From an uncultured Bacillales bacterium (GTDB taxonomy: Bacteria > Bacillota_I > Bacilli_A > RF39 > UBA660): a stretch of 64,000 bases of DNA. Below are positions 52,167-62,815 of the stretch, in pieces. The stretch lies in the NCBI GenBank assembly GCA_947564265.1, contig CANOBK010000005.1, positions 66,548 through 130,547 on the forward strand. Reading direction: 5' to 3'. Within the stretch, counting starts at the first letter, position 1. Each line of letters begins with the position of its first letter. The position numbers were made by a program, and so were the translations under genes. The notes under the pieces were generated by a model that had not been told where the DNA came from, did not search any database, and saw nothing but the letters and a program-made list of their open reading frames with translations.

Positions 52167-54068
52167 ATGAAGAAAAAACAATTCAAAGCAGAATCTAAAA
52201 AATTACTAGATATGATGATTCATTCCATCTACTCAAATAAGGAAATATTTTTAAGGGAACTAATTTCGAATGCAAGTGATGCGATTGATAAATTGTATTA
52301 TCGTTCCTTAACGGATAAAAAGGTAAAAGTAGAGCGAGATGAATTTAAAATAACGTTATCGATTGATAAAGAAAACCGTACATTAACCATTGAAGATAAT
52401 GGTTGTGGAATGACGGAAGAGGAACTAGAAACGAATTTAGGTACAATCGCAGAAAGTGGATCTTTGGCTTTTAAGAACCAAGAAGAAGATAAAAAAGGAA
52501 AGAAAGCACAACAAGAAGTTGATATCATCGGTCAATTTGGTGTTGGATTCTATTCAGCATTCATGGTAAGTAGCGAGGTAACAGTAGAGAGTAAGTCTAT
52601 TGACTCAGAGAAGGCTTATCGTTGGGTTTCTACTGGTGCAGATGGTTATAGTATCGAAGAATGTGAAAAAGAAACAATCGGTACCAAAATTATTCTACAC
52701 ATAAAAGAAGATGAAGAAGAGGAAAATTATAGTGAGTTCTTAGAAAATTATCGAATTCAAGCAATTATTCGTAAGTACTCTGACTACATTCGTTATCCAA
52801 TTCAAATGGATGTGGAACATCGTCATCTAAAAGAAGGAAGCAAAGACGAATATGAAAGTCATGTAGAAACAGAAACAATTAATAGTATGATTCCGTTATG
52901 GAAGAAGAATAAAAATGAAATTAAGGAAGAGGAATATCATCAATTTTATCATGAAAAATATATGGACTATGAGGATCCACTTCAAGTGATTCATACTTCA
53001 GTAGAAGGACAAGTAAGTTACAATGCACTTTTATATATTCCATCTCATGCATCCTATGATTACTATTCAAAGGAATTTGAGAAGGGACTAAATCTTTATA
53101 CGAGTGGTGTCATGATTATGGATAAATGTAGTGAATTGTTACCAGACTACTTCAGTTTCGTAAAAGGACTGGTCGATAGTAATGACTTATCCCTAAATAT
53201 TTCTCGTGAATTACTTCAACAAGACAGAAGACTTCAACTAATTGCAAAAAATATTGAGAAAAAGATCAAAAGCGAATTAGAATCGATGCTTGAAAATGAG
53301 CGTGAAAAATACGAAAAATTCTTTGAAGCATTCGGAATGCAGTTAAAGTTTGGGGTTTATAATAACTTTGGAATGGATAAAGAAAAACTACAAGACTTAA
53401 TCTTATTCCATTCTTCTACAGAAAACAAATTAACAACATTCAAGGAATATGTTTCTCGAATGAAAGATAATCAAGAGAAAATCTATTATGCTTGTGGAGA
53501 GACAATTCAAAAAATTGACTTATTACCACAGGTAGAACAAGTGAAGGAAAAAGGATTTGAAATTCTTTATTTAACAGATTATGTAGATGAATTTGTCATT
53601 CAGGCATTAATGAACTACGATGGAAAAGAGTTTATCAATGTTTCAAAAGCTGATCTTAATTTAGATTCTGAGGAAGAAAAAGAAGAATTGAAGAAAGAAA
53701 ATGAGGAAAGCAAAGAAATGTTTGATCGTATGAAAGAGGTACTCGATAAACAAGTAGAGACCGTTCGTTTCACAAATCGATTAAAGAATCATCCTGTATG
53801 TTTAACTTCTTCTGGAAATATTTCACTCGAAATGGAAAAAGTAATCAATGCCATGCCAACAGATGAAAAAATTAAAGCACAAGCAGCGATGGAGATTAAT
53901 GCACATCACCCAATCGCAGAGAAATTAAAGAAACTTTATAAAAAAGACAAAGAAGGGTTCGAAAACTATACAAAAGTATTATATGCACAGGCTCGTTTAA
54001 TTGAAGGATTGACAATTGAAAATCCTACAGAAATCAGCAATTTAATCTGTGAAATTTTATCAAAATAA
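52167..54068 (+). CDS. htpG: Molecular chaperone HtpG (Hsp90)
   Basis: HATPase N-domain motifs ([17 protein letters not shown]); 633 aa. Confidence 0.95.
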   Translation: MKKKQFKAESKKLLDMMIHSIYSNKEIFLRELISNASDAIDKLYYRSLTDKKVKVERDEFKITLSIDKENRTLTIEDNGCGMTEEELETNLGTIAESGSLAFKNQEEDKKGKKAQQEVDIIGQFGVGFYSAFMVSSEVTVESKSIDSEKAYRWVSTGADGYSIEECEKETIGTKIILHIKEDEEEENYSEFLENYRIQAIIRKYSDYIRYPIQMDVEHRHLKEGSKDEYESHVETETINSMIPLWKKNKNEIKEEEYHQFYHEKYMDYEDPLQVIHTSVEGQVSYNALLYIPSHASYDYYSKEFEKGLNLYTSGVMIMDKCSELLPDYFSFVKGLVDSNDLSLNISRELLQQDRRLQLIAKNIEKKIKSELESMLENEREKYEKFFEAFGMQLKFGVYNNFGMDKEKLQDLILFHSSTENKLTTFKEYVSRMKDNQEKIYYACGETIQKIDLLPQVEQVKEKGFEILYLTDYVDEFVIQALMNYDGKEFINVSKADLNLDSEEEKEELKKENEESKEMFDRMKEVLDKQVETVRFTNRLKNHPVCLTSSGNISLEMEKVINAMPTDEKIKAQAAMEINAHHPIAEKLKKLYKKDKEGFENYTKVLYAQARLIEGLTIENPTEISNLICEILSK

Positions 54069-54079
54069 AAAGAAGAGAC

Positions 54080-55177
54080 TTAAGATTTCTTTCGAAAGTT
54101 ATCTTCTTTTTCTATGTAAGTATTTGGATAATAATGATTTAAAATCTGATGATAATTGTATCCTGCTTTTGCCATTCCTTCAGCCCCATATTTACTTAAC
54201 CCTAAACCGTGACCATGACCTCTCGTTGTAAAGGTCGTCGCATTTTTCCCGATACTGACACTGAAGTCATTCGAATCGAGTCCCAGTCTTCTTGCGAGAA
54301 GTAACCCGTCGAATACTTTATCTCCAAAACGAATATATTTTACTCGGTGACCAATCGTTTTCATAAGTAATTCGATTTCCGTTCCCTCATTGATGGGAAC
54401 TCTTAGTAATTGACTTAAATAATCATTAGGAACAATTCGATATCCAACGTTACTAGAATCAAGATCCCAGGTACTAGAAACACTCTTTAAATAAGGATAA
54501 GCAAATTTTAAAACATTCGAAGAGTCTTCTGTTTTTCCATTACTAGAAAGATGGTAATAGGCATCGATATATTCCCCATCAAACTTGATCACTTCATTTT
54601 TCGTATCTTGAATTGCTTTTCGAATTTTCTCTGTATAAGACTCGTATTGATTTCCCCAAATTTCTTTTAAATATTTCTTATCACGATAAATATAAGTATT
54701 GGAGTAATCTCGAATTGGCAAATCTTTACTGAGTCGTTTTACCGCATAAGTTCTAGCGACAACGGCCTGCGCTTTAAGCGCTTCTTCACTAAATATTTCA
54801 GGCATCTCATTACTGATGACTCCAAAAATATATTCATCCACTTTCAATTTTTCAATAATTCCTGTACTGTGATTTAAATCGATCAACTTCTGACTTACTC
54901 CATAGTCAACCTCTAATAGTTCGACTAGTTCATCTGCTTTACTATCATAATCGCTTAAATAAAAAGTATCCACAATAATTCCATTAATTACGATACAAAT
55001 TTGATCTCCTTGAAAAGGAATATGTTCATTTCTAATATAATTGTTGATTCTACGATGTAGGGAAAGTAAATGACGATTGCGATTTAGAAATTCTTGTGAG
55101 TACTCTTCTGCATTATTCAAATACAAATAAAGAATCTTTTTTCCTTCGTTTTCTACCACCATATATTTATAAAACAT
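54080..55177 (-). CDS. SpoIID/LytB-domain protein
   Basis: EEALKAQAVVARTYAV signature of the SpoIID/LytB family; no obvious N-terminal signal or TM segment. Confidence 0.65.
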   Translation of the reverse strand: MFYKYMVVENEGKKILYLYLNNAEEYSQEFLNRNRHLLSLHRRINNYIRNEHIPFQGDQICIVINGIIVDTFYLSDYDSKADELVELLEVDYGVSQKLIDLNHSTGIIEKLKVDEYIFGVISNEMPEIFSEEALKAQAVVARTYAVKRLSKDLPIRDYSNTYIYRDKKYLKEIWGNQYESYTEKIRKAIQDTKNEVIKFDGEYIDAYYHLSSNGKTEDSSNVLKFAYPYLKSVSSTWDLDSSNVGYRIVPNDYLSQLLRVPINEGTEIELLMKTIGHRVKYIRFGDKVFDGLLLARRLGLDSNDFSVSIGKNATTFTTRGHGHGLGLSKYGAEGMAKAGYNYHQILNHYYPNTYIEKEDNFRKKS

Positions 55178-55325
55178 TTTATCACCCTAATAGTATTATT
55201 GGAAAAAGTAGGAAAAAACATACAAAAAAATAGGAACTGACAAAAAAATATATTTTTTGACATTTTACTAAGATTAAGATACAGTAATAGTAGAAATATT
55301 TTTTTTAAGAAGTGGGGAGTAAAAA

Positions 55326-55655
55326 ATGGAAAAAGAATTAGAAGAAGAGAAAAATGTAGATTCATACTTTGATGGAGGATTACTTCAATTAATTGGTTGG
55401 AAAATCGTGGGTATTTTAATCACAGTATGTACTTTAGGAATTTGTTATCCATGGGCATGTTGTATGATTTATAATTGGGAAATGAAACATACCGTGATTA
55501 ATGGGAAAAGACTTGCCTTTGATGGAAAAGCAATTCAATTATTTGGAAACTGGATTAAGTGGTTATTGTTAACGATTATTACGTTAGGAATTTATAGTTT
55601 CTGGCTTGGAATTTCACTAAAAAAATGGAAAGTAAAACATACTTATTTTAGATAA
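55326..55655 (+). CDS. DUF898-like small membrane protein
   Basis: Two repeats of F.G......G.....L.....TLGIY.PW typical of DUF898. Confidence 0.45.
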   Translation: MEKELEEEKNVDSYFDGGLLQLIGWKIVGILITVCTLGICYPWACCMIYNWEMKHTVINGKRLAFDGKAIQLFGNWIKWLLLTIITLGIYSFWLGISLKKWKVKHTYFR

Positions 55656-55778
55656 GGTTGAATGATATTTTAGATAAGTGCTTATTTAGTTTGATTTCTT
55701 GTGGTTTTCTTAAGGATATGTTATGATAACGGGCAGAAACAAGCAAAAGATGAAATAAAATAGTATGGTGAATAGAGT

Positions 55779-56330
55779 ATGATTCAAAAAGTATCGCAAA
55801 TAAGAGAAGAAAAAAAGTTTGAAGGTATAGTAAAGTATGATTTATTAGGGTTAAGAGGAGGAGTCCTTCTTTATGAACAAGGACTAAAAATCTTAAAAGA
55901 TCTAATAGAAGAATATCCCAATTGTCTAGAAGAAGATATAGTTACTGAAATTCTAAATCAAGCGAAAGAAATGGGAAGGAGAGCAAATAGAAGTCCCAAT
56001 TCTTATGCCCATTATCAAGACAAGCATGTCATAGACTGTATTCAGGAAAAAGTCTATGTGAAAATTGGTGCCTTTCATGTAAATCCACAAAATGTTATGG
56101 ATTTAAGAAACGTTCCGATTCGCATTTATAATTATGGGATAAGGGGACATTATACTAATAGGATTCTTGTAGATTTAAACTATGACCGAGAAGAAGATGA
56201 ATTAAAATGTCTCGGAGTTTCCGAAACAGAGCCCTATTCTAATTTAAAAACCTATGTTATGACATCGGAGCAAATTAAATTTAGTGGTGTCAATCCTGTG
56301 AAATTAAAATCAATGAGGAAGGAAAACTGA
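55779..56330 (+). CDS. Hypothetical protein
   Basis: 183 aa; no family recognised. Confidence 0.4.
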   Translation: MIQKVSQIREEKKFEGIVKYDLLGLRGGVLLYEQGLKILKDLIEEYPNCLEEDIVTEILNQAKEMGRRANRSPNSYAHYQDKHVIDCIQEKVYVKIGAFHVNPQNVMDLRNVPIRIYNYGIRGHYTNRILVDLNYDREEDELKCLGVSETEPYSNLKTYVMTSEQIKFSGVNPVKLKSMRKEN

Positions 56331-56449
56331 AACAGTAAAATAGGGTTTCCTTCTTTTTTTCTGGAACTTTGTTGTCCAATCTTGTTTTTTTGGAGGATTC
56401 TTTTCACTTTTCCTTTTTCTCTTTTGATTTCATGTTACAATAATGATAG

Positions 56450-56785
56450 GTGATTAGAATGGAAAAAAGTGCAGACGAGGTATTACAGGAAAAAAGAAGT
56501 GAACGTGGTTGGGATCAAGAAGATGAAATGATAAGACATAGAGATGTGGAACCCGTAGAACCCCTTCCATTAACAAACGAAGAGTATCAAGTGTTTCAAT
56601 CAATTTTAAGAAAATTAGCCTTGTATGAAAAAAAGCCAGAATTATGTGATTTGTATTTTGAATTGGATCATCGCGCTACTTATGGAAACCATTATCCACA
56701 ATCAGAGGGAGTAGAAGACATAGAACAAGAGTTATGGGATATTGGTTCCTCTCGCGGTGAGATAGAGACAATCCGTAGAAAATAA
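56450..56785 (+). CDS. Hypothetical acidic protein
   Basis: 111 aa; no family recognised. Confidence 0.35.
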   Translation: MIRMEKSADEVLQEKRSERGWDQEDEMIRHRDVEPVEPLPLTNEEYQVFQSILRKLALYEKKPELCDLYFELDHRATYGNHYPQSEGVEDIEQELWDIGSSRGEIETIRRK

Positions 56786-56811
56786 GAATAATGAAATAAG
56801 AAAAAGGAGAA

Positions 56812-57861
56812 CTAAAACTCAAAATGTTTTAATTCTCTTTTTTTACTACAATCTTTTCCTGTTATGTAACTATTATTTTGTATCAGTTTCTTTAAATTAA
56901 CTTTTTTATTATAATACAGATACTGATTAATTCCACGAATCATTTTTACTGTGGTATCTAGACTTTCGGTATAAAGTTCAATCAAGGACTGAGTGCTAGT
57001 GGTTCTTTTGTCAGTTGGATTATACCACTTTTTATGTTCTAAGTTTAGGAACCATTTATTTTTCTGTATCCTCATATGATAAGATAGAGGAACTTTTCTG
57101 AGTAGATATTTTGGACAAATCGAATCAACTATCTTGTAAAACTTCCGCTTGAGTCCTGTTGGATCATATCGGAAAACACGATAGAAAAATTTCATTTGTT
57201 TGATGGAGGTTAAATAGTAAGTATGGAAGTTCTCAATTCCCCAGACTTCTCGGTAAGTAAAATCCATTACTTCCTGTAATCCAGCTCCCATTTTATCTAC
57301 ATTGAAACAGAAATTGTGGCATTTAAATTTCCATGGCTTTTTATTTTCTCGAATCATAACAAGATAGTCATCAAAGTAGGATTCCATTTCTCCATGAAGT
57401 TGGTTGTACTTGTAGGTCTCTTCCTTTTCTTTTTCAAAATACCCAGTTCGATAAATGACATAAGGATGAATGGTACTGTCTAAAACGTAATGACTGAGCA
57501 TCCCATATAAGAAGGCCATCACTTCAGGATCGTATTGAAATTCATTGTATTTGATATAATTAATTAAAGTTTCAAAAAATTCGAATGTTTTGTGACGATG
57601 AAAAAATTCTCCAAAGTCACGCATTTTCTTTCCCTTTTTAAAATTGGTTAAGTTATAGAAAAAAAGAACATCCATGTTTTGCGCTGCGGTTTTTAATAGT
57701 TCCTTGTGATCTACCAACAGTTCTCGACTGTTCATTCCAAGTCGATCATAGACATCTAAAATAAAATAGGCATGGGTCAAACTACTTGCCATAATATTCA
57801 TCCTCTCTAGCTCTTCTATTTTAACACATTTTTTCATAATTTTTTCATATAAATTACACAA
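56812..57861 (-). CDS. Zinc-dependent phospholipase C family domain protein (intracellular-type)
   Basis: N-terminal THAYFILDVYDRL and internal LSHYVLDSTIHP resemble PLC zinc-ligand motifs (H..W/I...A and HY.GD...P.H); no signal peptide. Confidence 0.4.
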   Translation of the reverse strand: MCNLYEKIMKKCVKIEELERMNIMASSLTHAYFILDVYDRLGMNSRELLVDHKELLKTAAQNMDVLFFYNLTNFKKGKKMRDFGEFFHRHKTFEFFETLINYIKYNEFQYDPEVMAFLYGMLSHYVLDSTIHPYVIYRTGYFEKEKEETYKYNQLHGEMESYFDDYLVMIRENKKPWKFKCHNFCFNVDKMGAGLQEVMDFTYREVWGIENFHTYYLTSIKQMKFFYRVFRYDPTGLKRKFYKIVDSICPKYLLRKVPLSYHMRIQKNKWFLNLEHKKWYNPTDKRTTSTQSLIELYTESLDTTVKMIRGINQYLYYNKKVNLKKLIQNNSYITGKDCSKKRELKHFEF

Positions 57862-57892
57862 TTAGTGTGCTATAATGTAGTCTAGGTGATGA

Positions 57893-58846
57893 GTGATGTC
57901 GATGGACAAAGAATTTAAGAACTTAGAAGAACAGATGGCAATCCTAGAACATAAAGGTTTGATCATTCAAGATAAGGATTTTGCGCGTACCGTTTTATTG
58001 CGGGAAAATTATTTCTTTTTAAATGGGTATCGGCATTTGTTTTTAAAGTCGAAGAATGACCGAAGGTTTATTGAAGGGACTACTTTTGAGGAACTTTATA
58101 GTTTGTTTTTGTTTGATCGACAATTTAGAAATATTTTATTCAAGCATCTTTTGATTATCGAGAACAATATGAAGTCAATTATTTCATATCAATTGTCTAG
58201 GAAATATGGATATAAAGAGAGTGATTATTTAAAACCGAAAAACTTTACGAATCATCCAGAGAAATCAAGACAGGTAAACGATTTAATTAAAAAGATGAAA
58301 CGACAGGTAAGAAGTAATGCGCCACAACATGCAGCAACGATGCACTATGTAAATAATTATGGGTATATTCCTCTTTGGGTATTGGTAAAAGTATTATCTT
58401 TTGGTATTGTTAGTGAACTATTTTCCATACTAAGAAAGGAAGATCAGGAAAGTATCGCAGAAAGTTACGATATTTCTGTTGATTCTCTTACTAATTATTT
58501 ACCAATTTTGGCAAATTATCGCAATTTGTGTGCTCATGAAGATATCGTATTTGAAAATAAGACACAACGAACGGTTGAGGATACTGTTTATCACAAGTTG
58601 TTAAAGATTGAAAAAGAAAATGATGAATATGTCTATGGGAAAAATGATATCTTCGCGTTAATCTTAATTATCAAACAGTTAATTACTCCAGTAGAATTTA
58701 AAAATTTGACTGAAGAAATTAGTAGGGCTCTTTCTAATTTGGAGTACAATTTAAATACAATTACGATTGTGAAAGTATTAGATCGAATGGGATTCCCAGA
58801 AAACTGGCAGGATCTTACAAATATTACAAGGAAGGTGGAAGAATGA
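57893..58846 (+). CDS. Abi_2 family abortive-infection protein (AbiD/AbiF-like)
   Basis: N-terminus LEHKGLIIQD...ENYFFLNGYRHLF...FEELYSLFLFDRQFRNILFKHLLIIENNMKS typical of the AbiD/AbiF family. Confidence 0.7.
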   Translation: MMSMDKEFKNLEEQMAILEHKGLIIQDKDFARTVLLRENYFFLNGYRHLFLKSKNDRRFIEGTTFEELYSLFLFDRQFRNILFKHLLIIENNMKSIISYQLSRKYGYKESDYLKPKNFTNHPEKSRQVNDLIKKMKRQVRSNAPQHAATMHYVNNYGYIPLWVLVKVLSFGIVSELFSILRKEDQESIAESYDISVDSLTNYLPILANYRNLCAHEDIVFENKTQRTVEDTVYHKLLKIEKENDEYVYGKNDIFALILIIKQLITPVEFKNLTEEISRALSNLEYNLNTITIVKVLDRMGFPENWQDLTNITRKVEE

Positions 58847-59967
58847 GAGAAAGAATAGTAAAATTTTTAGGTCTACTTCTAGTAGTGGTGGTAGCAGGTG
58901 CCGGTGGTGGGTACCTAACCTATACGTTCTTAGAAGATCAAATTTCAGAAAATAATACGATTGTTGAACAGACAACCAATACGACAGGTGTTGTGAAATG
59001 TAGTAGTGATATGAAATTAGATGAGACAGGGATTGCAACTTCTGTTGGAAAAATTTATGATGCGACTGTTACGATTCAAAATTATCAAAATGGAAGATTA
59101 ACTTCTTCTGGAAGTGGATTTATCTATAAAAAAGAGGGAGAATATGCTTACGTTTTAACGAATCACCATGTGGTAGAGGATGCAACAAAGTTGTTATTGA
59201 CGTTATCAAACGATGATCAAATAGAGGGAGAAGTTCTTGGAAGCGATCCTTATTTAGATTTGGCAGTTGTTCGTATTTCTTCTGAAAAAGTATCTTTAGT
59301 CGCAGAAATTGGTACTAGTGATGATTCTAATATTGGAGATACGGTATTTACAGTAGGAACTCCAGTTGGCTATGAATATCGTGGTAGTGTAACAAAAGGA
59401 ACGTTATCAGGAAAAAATCGTATGGTAACGGTTAGTATCAACTCAACAAGTGATTGGGTAATGAATGTACTTCAAGTAGATGCGGCAATTAACCCTGGAA
59501 ATAGTGGAGGACCTCTTTTAAATGCGAATGGAGAAGTCATTGGAATTAACTCTTTGAAATTAGTAGAAGATCAAATTGAAGGAATGGGGTTTGCGATTCC
59601 AATCGAGTATGCGATGAAGTATGTAGATGACTTGGAAGCTGGTAGAGAATTAGAAAGACCATTTGTTGGAATTTCGATGTTAAATGTCAGTGATAGTTAT
59701 CGTGTATATCAATATGGAATTAGACTAGATCCAGAAATTGAAGAAGGTGTCGTTGTCACTAGTGTATCTACTGGAAGTGGGGCAGAAAAAGCAGGAATTA
59801 AAAAAGGTGATGTGATTACGGCTGTTAATGGTACCTCTGTATCAAATGCTGCTTATTTAAAATATCTGTTATACCAACATGAAGTAGGAGATACGATTGA
59901 GATTACCTATATTCGTGATCAAAAACAAAAGACAGTAGAAGTGACATTAACGAAATTGGAAGACTAA
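58843..59967 (+). CDS. htrA: HtrA/DegP-family trypsin-like serine protease with PDZ domain
   Basis: N-terminal TM helix, catalytic His (LTNHHVV) and Ser (GNSGGPL), C-terminal PDZ; ATGA start/stop overlap with the Abi_2 gene. Confidence 0.9.
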   Translation: MRERIVKFLGLLLVVVVAGAGGGYLTYTFLEDQISENNTIVEQTTNTTGVVKCSSDMKLDETGIATSVGKIYDATVTIQNYQNGRLTSSGSGFIYKKEGEYAYVLTNHHVVEDATKLLLTLSNDDQIEGEVLGSDPYLDLAVVRISSEKVSLVAEIGTSDDSNIGDTVFTVGTPVGYEYRGSVTKGTLSGKNRMVTVSINSTSDWVMNVLQVDAAINPGNSGGPLLNANGEVIGINSLKLVEDQIEGMGFAIPIEYAMKYVDDLEAGRELERPFVGISMLNVSDSYRVYQYGIRLDPEIEEGVVVTSVSTGSGAEKAGIKKGDVITAVNGTSVSNAAYLKYLLYQHEVGDTIEITYIRDQKQKTVEVTLTKLED

Positions 59968-60235
59968 AAAATAGTCATCATAATCATAAAGAAAAAAGAT
60001 ATCTAAAACTGATGCAAATTTCATTTAGAAAGAATCAAAATTGGATATCTTTTTTTCTGTCATATTCCATGATATAGGTAGGGTATATAAAACTTTTTGA
60101 TTTAAACTAAGGATTATCAGAAAACATTAACACCAATTTCTTAAAGTTTGTAAGCATTTGCCAATAACCTTTTTTTAAATTTTCTTTTTATAATAATTGG
60201 TTTCTAATAAATTAACTAAAAATATCAATAAGAAA

Positions 60236-60266
60236 ACGTCCGGATGAACAACTGGACGTCTTTTTT
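60236..60266. terminator. Bidirectional rho-independent terminator (ACGTCC-N12-GGACGT plus T-run) between the htrA operon and the convergent peptide gene
   Basis: Hairpin plus TTTTTT seen in sequence. Confidence 0.55.
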
Positions 60267-60293
60267 AATTTAAATTATATTTCTAATTGTAAT

Positions 60294-60530
60294 CTAGCAG
60301 GCTCCACAAGCGCCACAAGGTCCTTTAATACTTTTCTTTTTTATTAGTTGATTTGGTACAGATGAAGTTGATTTTTCTTCTTGCTTTTCTTTCTGCTCAA
60401 AATCAGAACCTCCGCAAGCACCACAAGCAGCACATGGTCCAAAAATTCCTTTTCCACTGACGATTGAGTATACACTCAAGGGTAATTTTCCATTTTTATT
60501 TAATTTACTCAAAGCATACTCGATATCCAT
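60294..60530 (-). CDS. Cys-rich RiPP precursor-like peptide (78 aa) with two GPC(A/G)ACGAC repeats
   Basis: GGAGGA RBS 7 nt upstream; leader-like N-terminal half; core contains GPCAACGACGG and, at the C-terminus, GPCGACGAC; immediately downstream of a radical-SAM/SPASM gene on the same strand. Confidence 0.65.
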   Translation of the reverse strand: MDIEYALSKLNKNGKLPLSVYSIVSGKGIFGPCAACGACGGSDFEQKEKQEEKSTSSVPNQLIKKKSIKGPCGACGAC

Positions 60531-60571
60531 AAAATCATCCTCCCCTTCTAATAGGCATAATATAGTATTTC

Positions 60572-61633
60572 TTAATTTTTGTCAATTTTATCATTTGGAT
60601 GAATTGCATTTGAATCTAATAATTCATTAAAATTAAAATGATACCAATTAGATAAACATCCACCGCCACATACAGTATCATCTTTACATTTAGAACAAAT
60701 ATCATCAGGTAGTGCACATAATTTATTATATATTTTCATCATAGAATCTGATTCCCAATATTGATAAAAAGTCTCAGAATCCTTAAAATCTTTATTAAAA
60801 GTTCCTAGTTTTACTTGATGGATAGAATTACAAGGAATTAAACTACCATCCGTATCAAAAACCAATCCAGTTCTTTGCAATAGCATACAGGATGTTTGTA
60901 TTTGATCTTGTTTTCTCATCTTATTAATTATTTCCTCATTCCAAGCACATAAAGGTAAGGTTTGATGGAGCGTAAAATTTCCTTTTGTTAATTCATCTAT
61001 TTTACTATATTGATTTTCAAAGCTTTTAACTATTTTCATTAACGTTTTTACATCATACGTTTTTTCTATTCCATCAAGAACAGAAAAATCATTTTCAAAT
61101 GAAAAGAAGAAATTGTCGATACCACAACTTGTAACTAATTCAATCACATCGGTAATCTTTTCACAATTTTCATCACTGATTACAAATGATGCCATCGTAT
61201 TAATTTTGGATTTTGATAAGTTTTTTAGTGCTTCTAACATTTGATTATAGGAATCTACTCCTGTATTGTTTTTATAACTTTCTCTTGACCACCCTTTGAT
61301 TGAAAAGTTAATATCATCGACCCCTAATTTTTCTAATTTACTTAAATATCGTGGATCACTAAATAAAATTCCATTTGTTATTAAACATACTTTCATATTT
61401 TTGTTTTTAATATATTGAATTAAATTCTCTAATTCATGATAACAAGTTGGTTCTCCTCCAATTAAGGCAACTTCTTCTATGCCCAATTCTTTAAAAAATT
61501 CAACTATATTTTTAGCAAGATTGATATCCATACTGAAACGATAGTCAAATTTCTTTCCTTTTGCATAACACCATTTACATCTTAGGTTACAATTTCTGTT
61601 AATGGTTAACCAAACATTTTGTATCTTTTTCAT
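60572..61633 (-). CDS. Radical SAM enzyme with C-terminal SPASM/twitch-like Cys-rich domain (peptide-modifying maturase)
   Basis: CNLRCKWC (CxxxCxxC) near the N-terminus; C-terminal cysteines CAW...SCM...PCN...CALPDDICSKCKDDTVCGGGC consistent with auxiliary Fe-S clusters. Confidence 0.8.
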   Translation of the reverse strand: MKKIQNVWLTINRNCNLRCKWCYAKGKKFDYRFSMDINLAKNIVEFFKELGIEEVALIGGEPTCYHELENLIQYIKNKNMKVCLITNGILFSDPRYLSKLEKLGVDDINFSIKGWSRESYKNNTGVDSYNQMLEALKNLSKSKINTMASFVISDENCEKITDVIELVTSCGIDNFFFSFENDFSVLDGIEKTYDVKTLMKIVKSFENQYSKIDELTKGNFTLHQTLPLCAWNEEIINKMRKQDQIQTSCMLLQRTGLVFDTDGSLIPCNSIHQVKLGTFNKDFKDSETFYQYWESDSMMKIYNKLCALPDDICSKCKDDTVCGGGCLSNWYHFNFNELLDSNAIHPNDKIDKN

Positions 61634-61958
61634 ATAGTACCTCTCATCTTAAATATAACGTATAATATATGGCACATGTGGATCGTTTTTTCTTTTTATT
61701 TTATGTATTGAAAGTCCAATGATTACGATTTAGTACTTTGATTTTGGTTGAAGATTTCATCCATTGACTGGATGATTCTTTTGAATATTTAGCCTTACTA
61801 AGGTTCTTATAAATTGAGATTATTATACACTAAAATTTATTCCCATTCAATCTGTTGGAAAACAAAATTTAAAAATAGGAATTGTATTTTCTTATTCATT
61901 GTACTTGCATCATTCTAAAAGTTTTTGTAAAATAATTAGAAATGAAGAGGGAGTATCT

Positions 61959-62810
61959 ATGGAGAAGTATCGAGAAATTGAAAATAGTTTGATTACAAAG
62001 TATCGAAAATCCATCTGGTCTAAGTTTGTCAAAGGAACCAAAGAATTTGAGATGATTGAGGAAAATGATAAAATTGCCGTATGTATGTCTGGTGGGAAAG
62101 ATAGTTTTGTTTTAGCAAAGTGTATGCAGGAGATAAAACTCCATGGAAAGATCCCTTTTGATTTGGTATTTCTAGTGATGGATCCAGGATATACAAAGGA
62201 AAATAGAAAACAGATTGAAGACAATGCAAAGTTGATGAATATTCCAATTACGATTTTTGAATCTGATATTTTTCAAGTAGTAGAGGATGTGACAATGTCT
62301 CCTTGTTATTTATGCGCCAGAATGAGACGTGGATGTCTTTATAATAAGGCAAAGGAACTTGGGTGTAATAAGATTGCCTTAGGTCATCACTATGACGATG
62401 TAATGGAAACGATTTTAATGAGTCTTCTCTATGGGGGAGAATATAAGACGATGATGCCCAAACTTCACAGTACAAATTTTGAAGGAATGGAATTAATTCG
62501 CCCGATGTATTATGTAAGGGAACAAGATATTATTGCATTTTCCAAGTTCCATGGATTAAAGTTTTTGAATTGTGCCTGTAAGTTCACGGAAAGGAATCAT
62601 GATGAGAATCTAAACAGCAAAAGACTATTTGTGAAAAACTTAATTAAGGAATTAAAACAAGATAATGCCAATATTGAAAATAATATTTTTAAAAGTGCTT
62701 TTAATGTGAATCTAGATACATTGATTGGATATAAAAGTAAGGATATGGTATATCAATTCTTAGATGATTATAAAGAGAAAAAAGAAATTAAAAAACAAGA
62801 AGGAGAGTAG
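61959..62810 (+). CDS. ttcA: TtcA-family PP-loop ATPase (tRNA 2-thiocytidine synthase-like)
   Basis: PP-loop SGGKDS; CxxC motifs (SPCYLCARMRRG, NCACKF); start at MEKYREIE with GAGGGAG RBS. Confidence 0.7.
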   Translation: MEKYREIENSLITKYRKSIWSKFVKGTKEFEMIEENDKIAVCMSGGKDSFVLAKCMQEIKLHGKIPFDLVFLVMDPGYTKENRKQIEDNAKLMNIPITIFESDIFQVVEDVTMSPCYLCARMRRGCLYNKAKELGCNKIALGHHYDDVMETILMSLLYGGEYKTMMPKLHSTNFEGMELIRPMYYVREQDIIAFSKFHGLKFLNCACKFTERNHDENLNSKRLFVKNLIKELKQDNANIENNIFKSAFNVNLDTLIGYKSKDMVYQFLDDYKEKKEIKKQEGE

Positions 62811-62815
62811 AACAT

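Noticed and set aside
61910-62475. Three minus-strand ORFs opposite ttcA
   Set aside because: Antisense shadow ORFs within a gene that has clear PP-loop motifs.
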